The notes below the pieces were generated by a model. The model did not search any database. It had not been told where the DNA came from and worked only from the letters and a program-made list of their open reading frames with translations. Position numbers and translations under genes: made by a program. Shown in pieces: positions 63,145 to 64,000 of a stretch of 64,000 bases of DNA. The stretch comes from Selaginella moellendorffii (lineage: Eukaryota; Plantae; Lycopodiophyta): assembly GCF_000143415.4 (NCBI RefSeq), contig NW_003314294.1, forward strand, positions 429,402 through 493,401. The letters run 5' to 3'. Position 1 is the stretch's first letter, and each line of letters starts with the position of its first letter.

Positions 63145-64000
63145 ATGAGCGCCGATCTAGTGTCCAAGCTGCGCGCGGCGCTTCTCCACCACCAGGTTCG
63201 TCTCGATCCAGTGCCGCAGCGCCAGCACGTCGAGGATCCCAACGATCCCACGCTCGCTTACATTTCCCGGATGCTTCTGGACGAGGAGGAGGAGGAGGAG
63301 GAGGAGCCGCCGCAGATGATCCAGCTCCAGGATCCCTACAAGAATCTCATCGCGGAGCTCGCCGCTCTGGTGTCTTCGCCCGGCGGCAGTGGGAATCTCA
63401 TCCATCCAGACGATTGTGGAAATATTTCGGTGCCAGACGTCCACGAATCCAGGACGGGGTTCCTGAAATCGATGCTCCTGGAAGCGGCTCGAGCGGTGGC
63501 GGGGAATCGTGGCTCCGAGGTCTACAGGATCATCAGCGAGGTGAGGAGCCTGGCATCGCCAGGGGGCAGCAGTGAAGAACGCACGGCCTTGTTCTTCGCG
63601 GATGCCTTGATTGCGCGCTTCACAGGGTTTGGGCCACAGGTATACAGTGCCATGGTGAAGGGGATCCGAGAGAGGCACTCTGTCCACGTCCGGCTGCTCA
63701 ATCTCCCATCCTTCAGGGTCACCCAGCGATTTGCCAACGGCACCATTCTAGACTTTTGCCAAGGAGCTACGAGAATTCACATCGTCGACTATGGGATCCA
63801 CTATGGCTGCCAGTGGCCCCAGCTCATCCAGAGGCTCTCGCAGCGACCAGAGGGACCGCCGGCGATGAAGATCACAGGGATCGACTTTCCTCGCGTGGAC
63901 GTCAAGGAGACAGAGAGAAACCTCGTGGAGTATGCCAAGAGCTGTGGAATCTCGCTCGAGTTTGAGGTGATCACGAGCACGTCCTGGGAATTGGTCCAGC
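63145..64000 (+). CDS. GRAS transcription factor, LISCL/SCL14-like, runs off the window end
   Basis: LAYISRMLLDE N-terminal motif, ASPGG..ERTALFFADALIAR, FANGTI..IHIVDYGIHYGCQWPQLIQRLSQRPEGPPAMKITGIDFP. Confidence 0.93.
   Translation, partial: MSADLVSKLRAALLHHQVRLDPVPQRQHVEDPNDPTLAYISRMLLDEEEEEEEEPPQMIQLQDPYKNLIAELAALVSSPGGSGNLIHPDDCGNISVPDVHESRTGFLKSMLLEAARAVAGNRGSEVYRIISEVRSLASPGGSSEERTALFFADALIARFTGFGPQVYSAMVKGIRERHSVHVRLLNLPSFRVTQRFANGTILDFCQGATRIHIVDYGIHYGCQWPQLIQRLSQRPEGPPAMKITGIDFPRVDVKETERNLVEYAKSCGISLEFEVITSTSWELVQ

Overview
Eukaryotic nuclear DNA from a very compact land-plant genome. GT-AG introns are mostly about 50-70 nt, and the gene set includes PSAG, HY2, CCaMK and a ciliary dynein-assembly factor; I infer a lycophyte such as Selaginella. 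Gene-dense GC-balanced blocks alternate with sharply bounded AT-rich decayed-TE islands (about 4.6-12.1, 39.6-43.4, 45.9-47.9 and 49.9-52.6 kb). The first 14 kb holds a tandem of three divergent USP-like genes (one dead), three collapsed pyruvate decarboxylase pseudogenes and a local duplication. In one duplicate the tRNA-Leu site is replaced by an AT-rich block containing a solo LTR, an intact secreted 'unknown domain + bulb-type lectin' ORF and a decayed Ty3/gypsy element with a nested 5S-bearing Cassandra-like TRIM. Next come a bHLH (CIB/BPE-like), tRNA-Gly, a class III peroxidase, CCaMK/DMI3, an AHL, HY2, a small mitochondrial protein, a double-rhodanese protein, an NPH3/BTB-ubiquitin-like fusion, plastid PDH E1-beta (with an assembly gap), a DUF2358-like gene, a PB1 protein and PSAG. 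The window ends in an operon-like divergent array: TAB2, kintoun, Ycf33 and a fungal/bacterial-type DOPA 4,5-dioxygenase on the minus strand, and an NAD(P)-binding protein and a LISCL GRAS on the plus strand, with only 37-125 bp between coding sequences. All calls come from reading the sequence by eye and recalled family motifs; no database searches were run.
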